DNA of 64,000 bases from Eledone cirrhosa. Its lineage: Eukaryota. Location: contig OZ024740.1 in the NCBI GenBank assembly GCA_964016885.1, positions 365,180,001 through 365,244,000 of the forward strand. The letters are read 5' to 3'. Below are positions 38,801-51,769 of the stretch, piece after piece. The position numbers and the translations under genes were made by a program. The first letter of the stretch is position 1. Every line of letters begins with the position of its first letter. The notes below the pieces were generated by a model. It had not been told where the DNA came from, made no database searches, and saw only the letters and a list, made by a program, of their open reading frames with translations.

Positions 38801-41049
38801 TTGTCCCATAGTAACCATTACAGCCAGTCCTTCCTAACCAGAAGGTCAGCCCTCTGGAACTCACTCTCTGCACATGATATTCCCAAAAGGAGTAAACTTG
38901 TGACAATTTTAACTGCACATCAACATCATTGATCTCTCTGGTATCAGAGGATTTGTGAAGGCCATGAGTACCGCCCCTTCTAGATTTACCAATTTAAAAA
39001 AAAAACAAACAGCATAGCACTCTTCCTTTATAGCTACATACACACAAACACCTTATAGCTACATAAATACAAACACTATATTTACACATGTATAAATACA
39101 TAGCTACATATAAACATACGTATATAAATATATTTGGACTTTTTTGTTTTTGGTCTTGTTTTCTCCCTTCCCATAAAATTTTACTATACAATTATTTTAG
39201 TAGCCTTGAAGTTCTTTTCTTGTCTTCTTTCATGCACTTAGCTGCTGCCTTCTGTCTTGAGTCTAAAGTATATCAAATGAAAACAGGTTTGTGTGTATTG
39301 CACTTAATCTCTGCAGATAGACCCCCTGAGTAACCACAAGGTTGTGGACATTACATTAGAATGTGTTTGTCTGACTGTGTGTCTCTCTCTCACCTAGACT
39401 GATTACCAACTAAAAGGTAATAGTACCAATAGTGTGATAACATAGCAAACATTGCCTCTGGGTAAGGCAAGGTGTTGTGCAGTGTAGAAGCCATATATAC
39501 AAGTGACCTTGTGTCTGTGGAGCCAGACAACAACTACCTTGCTGTGATCACTAAAGCCTGGAAAGGTGGGGTGGGAGGCAGCAATTTCATTTCAGTAAGC
39601 AACACATTCGCCTCATGCCTTGTTAATCTAAGGCGCACACACACACACACATATATATATAAATTTTAGTACAGCATTGACGAAGCTTTAGTATACGGCC
39701 AAGCTAGCGTATATGCATAATCGGTCTGTAGCTTTAGCACTCGGATGAGGTAAGACCCCAGAGTAATAACATTACGTTCAGACAGCTTAGCAAATCAGAT
39801 ATAGCAGTCGGCAGTCCAACCGCATTACCAGAGCAACGAAAATACAGGACCCAGGAAAAGATTTTATATATATATATAGCAGCTGACTGGATTTCTGTTT
39901 ACCCACCAATGCAAAAAATTAAAGTGAGAATTTTATACATACATGGGTCTTGAGTCATGATATTGACATTTGATAATATTACTGGCTTAGTTTTTATCAA
40001 GCAAACTATTTCAGCAAGTGTATATATATACAAGGAACATTAACCTTTTTGATACCAAACCCCCAGGAACTACCCCTGATTCTACTATAGAAAGCTAGTT
40101 AATTTTTAATGTACACCATCATCACTGTTTGATGGCCATATTGTCGCATTCTGAGACAAGACAGGTTGGCCTGGTTTCTATAGCTGGATTCCCTGCCTAG
40201 TGCCAACTACTATGTACTGGATCCATTTTATCTTCCATTTTTTATGTAAGAACCTTTAAGTTATGTTTTAAATATCAGTTTAATAACGAGGAAGTTGTAT
40301 TACTATATCCTTCCAAGTTTTTTTTTTTTTTTTTTTTTTTTTTTTCAAAATTATTTGATATTATGGAAAGGAAAGAATTAAAAAGACAAAAACAAAAGAG
40401 AGAACTCAGACAAACTGAGTCCATGTGAGATTAGAATGGCTACCACTAAACACATATAGCAGCTCATCTGATTATGTTCTACAGTGTTGTTTTTTCTGTT
40501 ACTGCATCTTTGAGCAGGCCACTTTATTTCACATTGCTCCAGTTCACTTAGTTGAAAATGAGTACCTGTAACAGCTGGGTATTAGCTCTGCTGCAGATTG
40601 GTGCCTTGTCCAGGGGTGAGGCTGTCTTGCACACTCAATTACTAAAGACATAAAGTGATAACTCAAACTTGTCAATCATATAGTTTTGAAGTGTTATTGA
40701 ATACTGATTTTCAATTTGATGTGAATATTTTAACCCTTTCATTATCATATTTATGATTAGATACACTGCCTATATATTTTCAGTTTGGAGAGATTATACT
40801 ATACATACTATGAACAATTTGAAATAGGCAGTTTTATTTCATAGAATCAGAAGTGGTTTCAGATAGTTTGGTACCAAAAAGTTATGGAAATTGCATGTTT
40901 AATTCTAATAAACTATATTGCGTGTAGATCAAACAGTTAATTCTTTTGATACCAAACTGTCACTGGTATGATAAAAAGCAGTTTTAAAGTGTTTATATTT
41001 ATCTAAAAAAAGAAAATCCATCATAATTTCATGTAAGAACACCAACTTA

Positions 41050-43722
41050 CCATATATACTCGAATATAAGTCAATCCTCTTATTTTATGTTTGAGAAATG
41101 GGTAAAATCCAAAACCTGTTTATAGACCAAAGTAGAGCTAAATCAACACATGTTTTCAAATTCTCATGAGTGGAGAATATATTTATGAAGTTTAATATTT
41201 TGATGTTTAAAATGTTTTAAGTTTCGTAACTCCACTAAATAATGATTTTTTACCATTTCATCCGTTTTATAAAATTTTAACAAGTTTCTCAAATTTTTGT
41301 TTACTTCTGGCATGATGGGAGTATTTTGTTTATTTCTTCTTTTTTTTAGCAGACAACACTAACACCATGTCCCGAATATTAGAGCTTTTTATTGAATATA
41401 CACATCAAATGAAATGCATGCCTTAAAAAGACATGGAAACAATTTAAATCGTATAAGCTTTGTGTAGAATGTTACACGTTTCATGTCAGCATACCTTCTC
41501 ACTCAGTTAACTTAAGTTTTCAATATTGAACACTGGTGTAATTTAAAAAAAAAAAAGATATTTTTCTGTGTTAGTTCATTAGTACACTGAGTTTGTTTTT
41601 TTTAAACCATGTAAGCTGGTTTTTTTAATCAGCTAGATTATTACTTCAAAATCATTGAAATTTGATATTTTATTGGTCTACTCTTTCACCTGATAGATAT
41701 ATTTTTAGCTTAAGATTTTTTTTTTTTTTTCTAATTTCTTTAACTGTTATAGAGATCATTAAAGATACAAGGAGGGATCGAAACTATGTGTAAAGGGACA
41801 TAATGAATAGCGAAAAGTTGAAAGAAAGAAATTGACTAAGAGAATATTGATTAGGGAAAGGCAGAGCAAGAAAATATTGATTTTAATTAGATGCGATGAG
41901 AGATTTGACTTTTTTAGGCAGGGTTTTACAAAAGAAGTTTTTTCTTTTTTTAGTTACATATAGACATTATAAATAACGCATTGCTGGTGACACAAGAAAA
42001 AAAGCACCCAGTCTACCCTGAAAGGTGCTGGTGACAAAAAAGCTCCTATTCCATGCTGTAGGTCAGAGTTTGGAAAAGCTTCCAGCTGTAGAAACTAAGC
42101 CAAAATACTGATCCATATGACAAAGTCGTGACTTCTCATGACGTGACAACCTGTCTAATTCATGCAAGCGTGGAATAATTAATAGACGTTAAATGGTGGT
42201 GTTGATGATGATGACATTACAATATGATTACAAATCCTCATTTACATTACTATTATAACCCATGCTAGCGTGGAAAGTGGACGTTAAACGAAGATGATGA
42301 TGATGATGATGATTATATATTTAAAAAGAATTTTGTTGAAAGAAAAATTTCATGGAATTTCAAATTGTTTGACTGCTCAGTGCAAATGCACCATAAGATA
42401 TTTTAAAGCATCATCTGTCTTGTGCATACAAAACTAGCATAAACTGTTTAGTTTAAAATTTTGTTTGGTTTCAATTATTGAAAAACTAAATAGAGAATGA
42501 GTTATAATGAACTAAAAAATTTTAAATATTCATTTAGTTCATCTTATGCCTTTCATTACCTCATTTCTAATGAAAGACACTGCCTATGACTTTCATTTAA
42601 TTTTGGAAATAAAAAATAAAAAATTGAATGGATTAACTTTTATAACTAACTTTCTTGTTATCAAGCTTGTGTTGGAAACATAATTTAAAAGTTCTTACAT
42701 AACATTGTGATAGGGTTTTAGATAACTATAAACAATTTTAAATAATTTGGTATCAAAAGGATTAACTATAATGAATTTTCATTCATCTTAACTCATTTTC
42801 TGTATAGTTACTCATAAGCAGAAAAAAAAATTCCATATTGTAATGTGGAAGGGGATGTCTTATATTCACGATCCAATATTTTGCCGATTTTCACCAACTT
42901 CAACATCAGCATAAAAAAGATACCAAAATATCTGGAATGATATGTATGAATGCTTCCAATAATTTTTGAGTGAAAATGATATTTTAAAAACTCTTATCAA
43001 ATTGCAGTGTGGGGGTAGTGCTCTGTAGTTAAGCGCATGTGCACACATACACGCATACCTTGTCCATTGAAATATTTATGATGAATATAAACTTAAAATC
43101 ATACTTTTGTAAATATACAGAAATATTGATACACACATAAATTTATGCATAGGCACTTACAGCCACATACACATAAACAGACTGTGTGTGTGTAATATAT
43201 ATACATATTTATTGTATACATGCAAGTGTTTCATTTGATTTGTATGTTAAATAAAAACCTGTTACATTCGTAAAATGGCACTATTGTTGTCTGATAAAAA
43301 GAAGTACCGTAAACAAAATTCTAGAAATTTTTTGAAACTTTCTAAACCAATGAAATGGTAAAAAATGGTTATGTGATGGAGTTGTGAAGCAAAAACTATA
43401 CTATAAACGACACTTTAAAAAAACATTAGACATCAAAATATTAAAACTTCATAAAAATATTTTCCAATCGTGGGAATTTACAAAACCACGACATCTAAAC
43501 ATAGTGTTGCTTAACTGCTGTGCCTTATACATCAGTTATACAAAGGTCAGCTAAAAAGTTCATAGGCTGGCCAATACACTCATGGAATGACCAAATGAGG
43601 TTTATTTTTCAACATAGTCTCTGGAAAGAAACAATGCAGTTGAAATTAATGCATGCAAGATTTCACAGCCCTAACATCACTCCGTAGTCATCTTATGAAC
43701 TTCTCAGTCAGTCCTTGTACAG
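41050..43722. mobile_element. Two inverted arms of a Tc2/pogo-like DNA transposon (possibly one ~2.7-kb relic)
   Basis: Left end TA|CCATATATACTCGAATATAAG; ~41140-41370 is the diverged reverse complement of ~43275-43510; right end CTTATACATCAGTTATA[MITE]CAG|TA. Confidence 0.5.
43541..43717. mobile_element. mariner-type MITE
   Basis: TA at both flanks; imperfect TIRs CAAAGGTCAGCTAAAAAGTTCATAG / TTATGAACTTCTCAGTCAGTCCTTG. Confidence 0.7.
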
Positions 43723-45045
43723 TATCTGCATTGCAGCCTAGTGGTTAGCATATCGAGTTCATGATTGTATGGTCATGTTTGATTCTCAGCCTGGGAGGTA
43801 TGTTGTGTCCTTTAGCAAGATATTTCATTTTACATTGCTCCAGTCCCATTCAGCTGAAAAGTACCCAGCAATAGACAGGCACCTGTACTTTTCGTCACTT
43901 AACACTAACGAAACCCGGATAGACTCCAGTCTGATGATCCCATGGGCTTCATACAGATTTTAATTGTACCTCATTATAATACCTAATTACAGCTTAATAA
44001 AAGGACGTGGATGCAGCATGGCATAATGGTTACGGAGTTCACTTCAGAATCATTAGTATCCATGTTCGATCCAACTGCATGACATTTTGCGCAAGTGTCA
44101 TGGAGTCAGATCAACCCAAGCCTTGTGAAATAATCTGGGTAACCCATCAGATGGACTGTACTTGGAATTCAAAGGGTCAACCTATATTAAGGGTACATGT
44201 ATCTGTGGAATACTTAATTATTTACACATTAATTTCAGGCACGTTATTTTATTGATCAAAGAACTGGAACACTCATCATTGAAACTGACAAAGGTCATTT
44301 CCAATGAAATGAGCCATTAAGAGTGTCTTTGCCTTGCACACAGCATTGTTAGGTGGGACATGAACTAACAGTCTATCAAAACCAAGCCAGTACCTTATTA
44401 ACTTAGGCATCTATCACACCTTTTTCTTATATAGTTCTTTAAGTTTTGGTTTTGCTGGATTTGAACAGTGGCCAGAATGATGACTGGCCAATGAAATTGA
44501 GAGGGTTTGAAGGGCTATGAAAAATGAATATCTTCAATGTACAGATATATATTTTAACATAAGCTACTATCACTACTGAGTCTTGTAGCTAATACTTTAC
44601 TTTATGCAAAATACAAATGTCTCACTCGCCAAAAGTCATCCCATTTATAATTCATTTTATGCCTGTTTTCCATGCTGGCATGGGCTGGATGGGTTATGTT
44701 CTGAGTCTCAACAAGTCAGTTAACCACGACTTTCTCTTAGACTCTATTTTGGCATGGTTTCTACCTTGCCTAATACCAACCACTCTACAGTGCGTACATC
44801 ATGTTCATTTAACATCCACTTTCTCTGCTAGGAAGGGCTGGGCAGGACATTACAGACCAAGTCAGTACGCAAATGGCATAACTGACCTCTCAGATAGGCC
44901 AGGGGCCTATATTTCACTTATATACATTCTTGCACATTTTACCATGACACCAGCCTTAAGGAGGTTGTCATGTCTTTGAAAGGTCCTCCCGACTTTTTGT
45001 TTGGCAAGCTTTCTATGGCTGGATGCCCTTCCTATCATCTTCCTT

Positions 45046-45085
<40 letters not shown>

Positions 45086-47211
45086 AAGAGAGTTAGTTCA
45101 TTGAAAATACAGTAAATGATATATAAACTTTTCATATATTGATTTTTTGATAATTTGTCTGTGAGCCAAATATTTCCTCTGCAATACTGCATCGTGTTAA
45201 TATTTCTGTCAACAGGTACAACAGTTGGTACCAACTTCACATCATCAAACATGATGCTGGTGCCAAATAAAAAGCATTCAGCCTGCACTGTAAAGTGGTA
45301 GTGCTGGTGTCATGATAAAAAGCATCCAGTCCACCCTGTAAAGTGTTAGTTCTGATGTCACAATAAAAAGCACCCAGTACATAGAAAATGGAGCATATGA
45401 GCAAGACAGTCATCTGACCTGTCTAACCCCAGAATGTGGTAACCTGTCTAACCCATGCAAGCATGGAAAATAGGCTTAAAACGGTGGTGATGATGTTGAT
45501 TTCTTCTAGTTTCTTTCAACTTCTAAATATTAAGATATATTCATTGTAAGGTGAAGAAATTTGGGATAGTTTAGTTGACTAATTGGAATGTTATGTTGCG
45601 TTGCCAGTATATTTTTAGCTATGTAGTGTTTGCTGGTGTGTAAAATGAACTGATTCTGCAATATTAAAACGTTTTATGTATTCTGAATCATCAGTTGGAT
45701 ATATCCTTTTACTCTTTGACATGTTGCAGTTATTGGACTGTGATTATCCTGAACTGCCACCTTCAAGGACTTCTCTTAATCCTTTTGATACCAAACTACC
45801 TAAAACTCTCTTTAGTTTGATGAAATAAAACCACTCGTTTTAAAGTTTTAAAATATGGTAAATTCTTTACCATATTTTCAATGAAATATGCTGCATATAA
45901 TTTCAAAATGAATCTTAAAATAATAAAGAATTTGGAGTGATTTAACTAACTTCCTTATTACTCATCTGGTGTTTGAAACATAACTCATCAAAGGTTCTTA
46001 CGTGAAATTATGATTGAAGGTTTTTCGACAAATATATAAGCATTTTAAAATGAACAGTTTTGTATCATTAGAACCTGGAGACTTCTGGCGTTCTTGGTCC
46101 TCGGACCACCATCGTACTCATTACGATTGGGGCGGAATTTACCCCCCGCAGAAGAAACCCCCCGCGAGTTCGAATAGCTACTATATTAATACGCGTCTCC
46201 GTCCACATCGTCCAGAACAACGTTTCCCCATTCTGAACGATTGAACCGCGAGGCGGCCTTCACCTGGATTCCCCCATACCACCCATGCCCGTATAATCGG
46301 GGTAGCGATGTTTGGACTTCTTGGTCTCTATTAATGATTTCTGTTCAATCTAGTTTCAGCTGATAAATTCCAGTGTAAGATTTCAGAAATTGGAAAGTAG
46401 AGGAACTGTGTCAATCAATGACCAGGTCATAAATTGTGTGACGAAAATTTTTACATAAAGAAATAAATTATAAATGCTGAAAAAAGGTGTTTACTAAAAA
46501 CCCATGCTCATAACTTTTACTACTTGCACCACGAATTGCAGCGTGCAGTGCGTGTGTTAACTAATAGATTTGTATATTGCCTGTGTCAGTGCTTTCTTTC
46601 ATGAACACGTACTCACATCTATCCATTCTGTGTGTATATACACACACATACATACATACACACACTTTACTGAGTTCTTTTTTCTTCTTTTGTAAAGATA
46701 TATATATATATGCAGAGGTTATATTTAATTTGTTGGGATTCAACAAGCTTAAACATTTTTATAACTGATATAAAGCACTCAACAGTTTAGTGGAGTAAAT
46801 ACACAATATATTAATAAATGGAAACTATATTTATAAAACCATATTTATTTTATTATACATATTTCAAGGGCAACCAATATATATATATACATATTTTCTC
46901 ATCCGAGAGTAAAATAAAAAGCGATACACTTCCACATGCATGTATGTTATGTGTTTGTTGTTGTTTATCTTCAAGCCAGTTCTTATGATCAAAATGCATT
47001 CGGACCTGTCTTTTTTTCTAGACTTTATTGGGGATATGGCTGTTATTTCTAACAGTCGAGTGACAATGTACAGGCTATTGTTTCAATATGTATTTTTTTT
47101 TATATTTCAATTAAGCGGACAGACCTACAAAATGTTTGAAAAGGTCTTTGGCTTTCAAATGTTTGTTTTATCAATAGGGTCGGTCATTCTTGCCCTTAAG
47201 TAAAATAGATA

Positions 47212-47249
47212 TGTATATATTTAGATGCATGAGCATCTAAATATATACA
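47212..47249. repeat. Perfect 17-bp-stem palindrome
   Basis: TGTATATATTTAGATGC-ATGA-GCATCTAAATATATACA. Confidence 0.95.
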
Positions 47250-47954
47250 ATGTGTGCGTGCGCGCGCTCGTGTGTATTCACGTGTAGCACTATATATAGA
47301 AAATCCTGTTTTATTAAAATCACTGAATAGTACATGTGTTTTTTTAATAAAAGATTTCACTAACAGGTCCCTTGAACTCCTATCTTTATTTTTATAATGG
47401 TCAGTGAATATCACTTAATCCTTGTCCACCTAGGTGCCCTCTCCTTGCTTTTGAGTATTAAAAAAGCCAAACCCATCAGTGATGGGTAGGGGCTGTGTGT
47501 GTCTAGTCAGCTTTAAAACTAGTTGTTTTAGATAGAAGATGGATGGATACATGACTTTCTTCTGTTTTTTACTGTCTTAGCGTTTTCTAATAGGAAAAAT
47601 GCTTTACAATCAGAGAGTAAGTTAAACCTTTAATTTTTCACCCTTTTTTTCTTCCAGTCACTCTTAATTAAGTCGATGCGACAAAAATGTTGACATCTCC
47701 GTAAAGTGTTTTGACAAATTTAAATTTAGTTCTTTCCTTCCATATCTATTTTGATATCAACACCCAACGCGTTTGTGTGTGAGTGTGTGTATTTAACAGA
47801 CTTGTTAAATGTTACTCCAAAACGGTTAAGATTGTTATGATAAACTTGATATACATTTATATACAACTAAATGTGATAGAAAAAAATGTGGCGGTACCGT
47901 TCCGAGAGCAATGCGAGTAGATAAACCTGTATTGGCCCGATCATAGTGTATTAT

Positions 47955-47988
<34 letters not shown>

Positions 47989-48524
47989 TTCTAAGGTGAA
48001 CGACATGAGTTCATTAAAACTGTTAGATCTAAAAAGTAAAGCTCCCCCCTCCCCACAAAAGACGAAGAACAGACTTGTCCCCATTTTTAGAATTAATCCT
48101 TACCTACAGTAATTCAGTACAAATCTAACCCCTTTTCTTTCTCTGCACTTTTTTGAAATACATCTACTACTACTGCTATACATGCATACTTATATCTAAA
48201 TATATCATTATTATTACAATTACTGCGTGAAAGTCATTTTAGCCATTTAAAAACACAACTAATAACTTTACTTTTCAGAATGTTTATCGCAGAAGTTAAC
48301 AGAATTTGTGTTTTTAAAGGGCTAAAGTGACACTTTCACGCAAGTTGTACTCGTCGGAGAAGTGGCTTGATCTGACTACGACCGTGTGTTCAAACTAATC
48401 CAATAATTATTTTCTAGCATTTACATATATTTCATCATCTTATTTGAAATATAGTATTCGTATACTTAAACTCAATGCCCAGGTATAGTTATATATATAG
48501 GTAGATAGATAGATATATAATAAT

Positions 48525-48849
48525 TGTGAAGCTATAAACATTGACTCAAGGACCAAGAGTTAGGGATTTAAGTGCACTTAAACTCGAACCGCTGGGCAAA
48601 TCACTGGTATAGCTTCACAGTAATAATTGTTTCTACTTTAGGCACTTGTTTTTAATTTAGGTACAAGGCGAGTAATTTTAGGGAAGGGAAAGTACTTGGA
48701 AGGCGGTACTTTCCTCTCTCTAAAATTACTGGCCTTGTGCCTAAATTAGAAACAATTATTATTATTGTGATTCGGAGGCCAAGAGTTTGGGTTTAAATGC
48801 ACTTGAGTGCCAAACTCTTGGTCCTTGAGACAATGCTCATAGTTTCACA
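48525..48849. repeat. ~325-bp imperfect fold-back (long inverted repeat)
   Basis: Outer arms TGTGAAGCTATAAACATTGACTCAAGGACCAAGAGTT / AACTCTTGGTCCTTGAGACAATGCTCATAGTTTCACA; inner GGAAAGTAC / GTACTTTCC around a 10-nt loop (48696-48705). Confidence 0.9.
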
Positions 48850-49369
48850 GTTTAAAAGAATTATGTTTATATATCATTTCTACCTGTATAATGAGATTTG
48901 GTTCTACTGTTTGCATGTGTGTATGAATTTATATATTCGGAAATATTTGAATTATCAGCTATTATGTTGTTTATATTGATTAGTTAAAGAAAATATCTGA
49001 AGCACTGTAAAGAGTTCCTTTTGTTTTTGTTGTGTTTTTATTTAGGTGTATTCAAGTGTTTTAATCTCATTTATTCAATTAGGCATCTCATTTTGAAGCT
49101 TTTATTTTATTCGTGTGTTTTGGTAGACGAAAGAGAGAGAGAGAGAGAGTGAGTGACTATGGCATAGATAGACGAGAAGGAGGTGGGGGAGTAAGCATAA
49201 AGTTGGCTTAGACGACCAATCTACCTACCGACTATTAATATATATTTATTGTTTACCTTTTACATATACACACACGCGCACATATATATATATAAAAGGT
49301 AAACAAAAATAACAGAACAAACTGCACAGTACATACTTATAGTATATGTGTCTATATATATATATACAC

Positions 49370-49455
49370 ATGAGTAAAGTATGCAGGACAGGAGAGACAC
49401 ATTATATATATATATATATATAATGTGTCTGTCCTGTCCTGCATACTTTACTCAT
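49370..49455. repeat. Near-perfect 86-bp palindrome centred on (TA)n
   Basis: ATGAGTAAAGTATGCAGGACAGGAGAGACACAT(TA)nATGTGTCTGTCCTGTCCTGCATACTTTACTCAT, one mismatch. Confidence 0.95.
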
Positions 49456-51251
49456 TCCTTCTCATTGTTCAGCCACATTTAACTACATCACTGATAATCA
49501 TTCCAGATAATAGAAAAGAGAATTTGTTGTCTTTATACATATATATATATGTGTGTGTGTGTGTTGTTTATATATATATATATATATATATAGTTGTCTT
49601 TCTTTCTCACACACACACAATCTCTCTCTGTGCTTGCTTACAAAAGATGTCTAGTAGTTCGTTTTCAGCAGTAAGGGATGGGGAGTATTTTGTTGTGTAT
49701 GTAGTAGAAAAGCAGTTTGTTCTGTTCTGCCTCACTTTTTTTTTTTACTTTTCAGAGCTAACTCTATAGTAAGCTGGCTGGGTCAATCCAGGGTAAACTA
49801 GGAGATGTTTCGCTTTGAACTCCATCCTCAATTGTTTACAAAGACTCACATTTATTGAGTAGGGAGGTCAGTTTACTAGCACTATCTTCTTCCCTTGCTT
49901 TTCAACTGGAGAAGAGGAAAGGTGTTGTAGCTGTTGTTAGTGTCTTTTAACTTATCCCCCCCCCCCACGTTTTTTTTAAAGTTGCTGTTGCTACTGCTTC
50001 ACTAGTATCTAGTTAATTCTATTGCTCTTAGCACTTATATCTATTATATTATAATTGATAATATCGTCAGAAGCAGTTAAAAAAAGCAAGGAGTTTTTTG
50101 AATGAATTGAAAATTACTCAACAACATTATTTTCAATTATAATAAGCAATGTTGCACTAACTGGTATGGTGGCTAAATTTAACTGCTGTCTCCTCTCACA
50201 CTCTAGCTAGAAGAATTCTGTTAGCCTTGCAAATGTCTGCCTGAACTCCAGTTGACCTTTTATTAATCGTATTATCTTCATACTTAATACGTGGTCCTTG
50301 TGGTGTCAAAGGAACCTAAATAGAACGCCTTGCACTTATTCAGTGTCTTATCTATCTAGGTTCTCAGTTCAAATCCCATCAGGACTGGTAAAACAATTAT
50401 ATACTACCATGGGATAGATTCCTCCCCTCTCCCCACTAAAAATAGTTTGCTTGCATTCCTCCTTCAAATATATCGTGTTTGCTGGAGATTTAATTGTTTG
50501 GCTGTTTGAGGAGTTCGCTTCTCAACCATGTGGCTTCGGGTTCGGTCCGTTCCACTGGTAGGTACATTGAGCAAATGTCTTTTATTATAGCTTGAGGTTC
50601 ACTAATACCTAATGTGTAAAATTTGGTAGATGGAAACCGTCTGGAAGTCCGTCGTGTCTGTGTGTGTTTACATTTACTGTTTGTGTCACGTTATGTAGCT
50701 GTTCGATAAAATAAGTACCCGGCTTTAAAAAAAACAAGTACTGGGGTCGATATGATGGACCAAATCAAGGCAATTGCCCCAGCATAGCTGCTGTCTGAAC
50801 GAAAGCAGTAAAATAATAATTATGAACTATATTTATTTGTTGATTTGTTCAGATACTGTAAGCAAAATATACTGATGTTCGTATATTTCACTGTCTGTGT
50901 GGTGTGAAAATTTAGTTTAGTGTCTTGTGTGTATGTAGTGACCAATGACACTCATTTTCCTGCAGATTTGTAGCGAACTAGCAGAGTTGTTAGCGCCGGG
51001 TTATTTTAATGCCATGGTAACCTTTGGATTTGCGGTATTATTAAAGAGTCGGATGAGATGTTTTGAGGTATCTGATCTGACTCTGTGTATTCTGAGTTTA
51101 AATAATGCCTGGTTTTGTCAAGATTTTTGACCGGCAGATAGTATCAACAATGGAACAGTCTCCTTGATTTGATCTGACCATTGGCTCTTATCATTTCCTT
51201 ATTGTCATTGTGGTCACTTTTACAGATTGAGCAATCCTTCGTAAAACGGTG

Positions 51252-51537
51252 GATGAAATGTAAACAAACAAATCGACATATTCCGCCATTCTCCGTTTAT
51301 CAGCCAAGTATTTTACAATAGTTTTCTGAATTCTTTATTAGTAAAAAGAAAGGAAATATCGCAACATACATGGGCATCTAATCACGTTTTTACACTTATT
51401 TGACTTATCTGTAAAAAAAAAAAGTTTAAAATTAAATTATGTTTGATAAACATTAGAGAAAATACAAAAGAAAATTGTTGTAATAGATACTTGTCGGCTA
51501 CGGAGAATGAATGCCATTCGTTTGTTTACATTTCGTC
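51252..51537. repeat. MITE-like element with ~70-bp imperfect inverted termini
   Basis: GATGAAATGTAAACAAACAAAT...CATTCTCCGT...CAAGTAT versus ATACTTG...ACGGAGAATG...ATTCGTTTGTTTACATTTCGTC. Confidence 0.75.
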
Positions 51538-51769
51538 AGTTGCCCACTGATAAGTAGTAGTTTCTTTGACACCCCCCCCCCCCCCCCCCCCCGATTAATT
51601 AAATTTTCTATTCCATTTGTAATTAAGTAGATTTCATTACGATATTGATGGTAATAACTGATAATATAGTATGTTGTGTAATTTATATCCCATATTTGTA
51701 TTATTTAATATATTTAATCCTTTCGTTAACATATTTCTAATGAAAGACTCAGCTTCAGTACTCGGTCAT

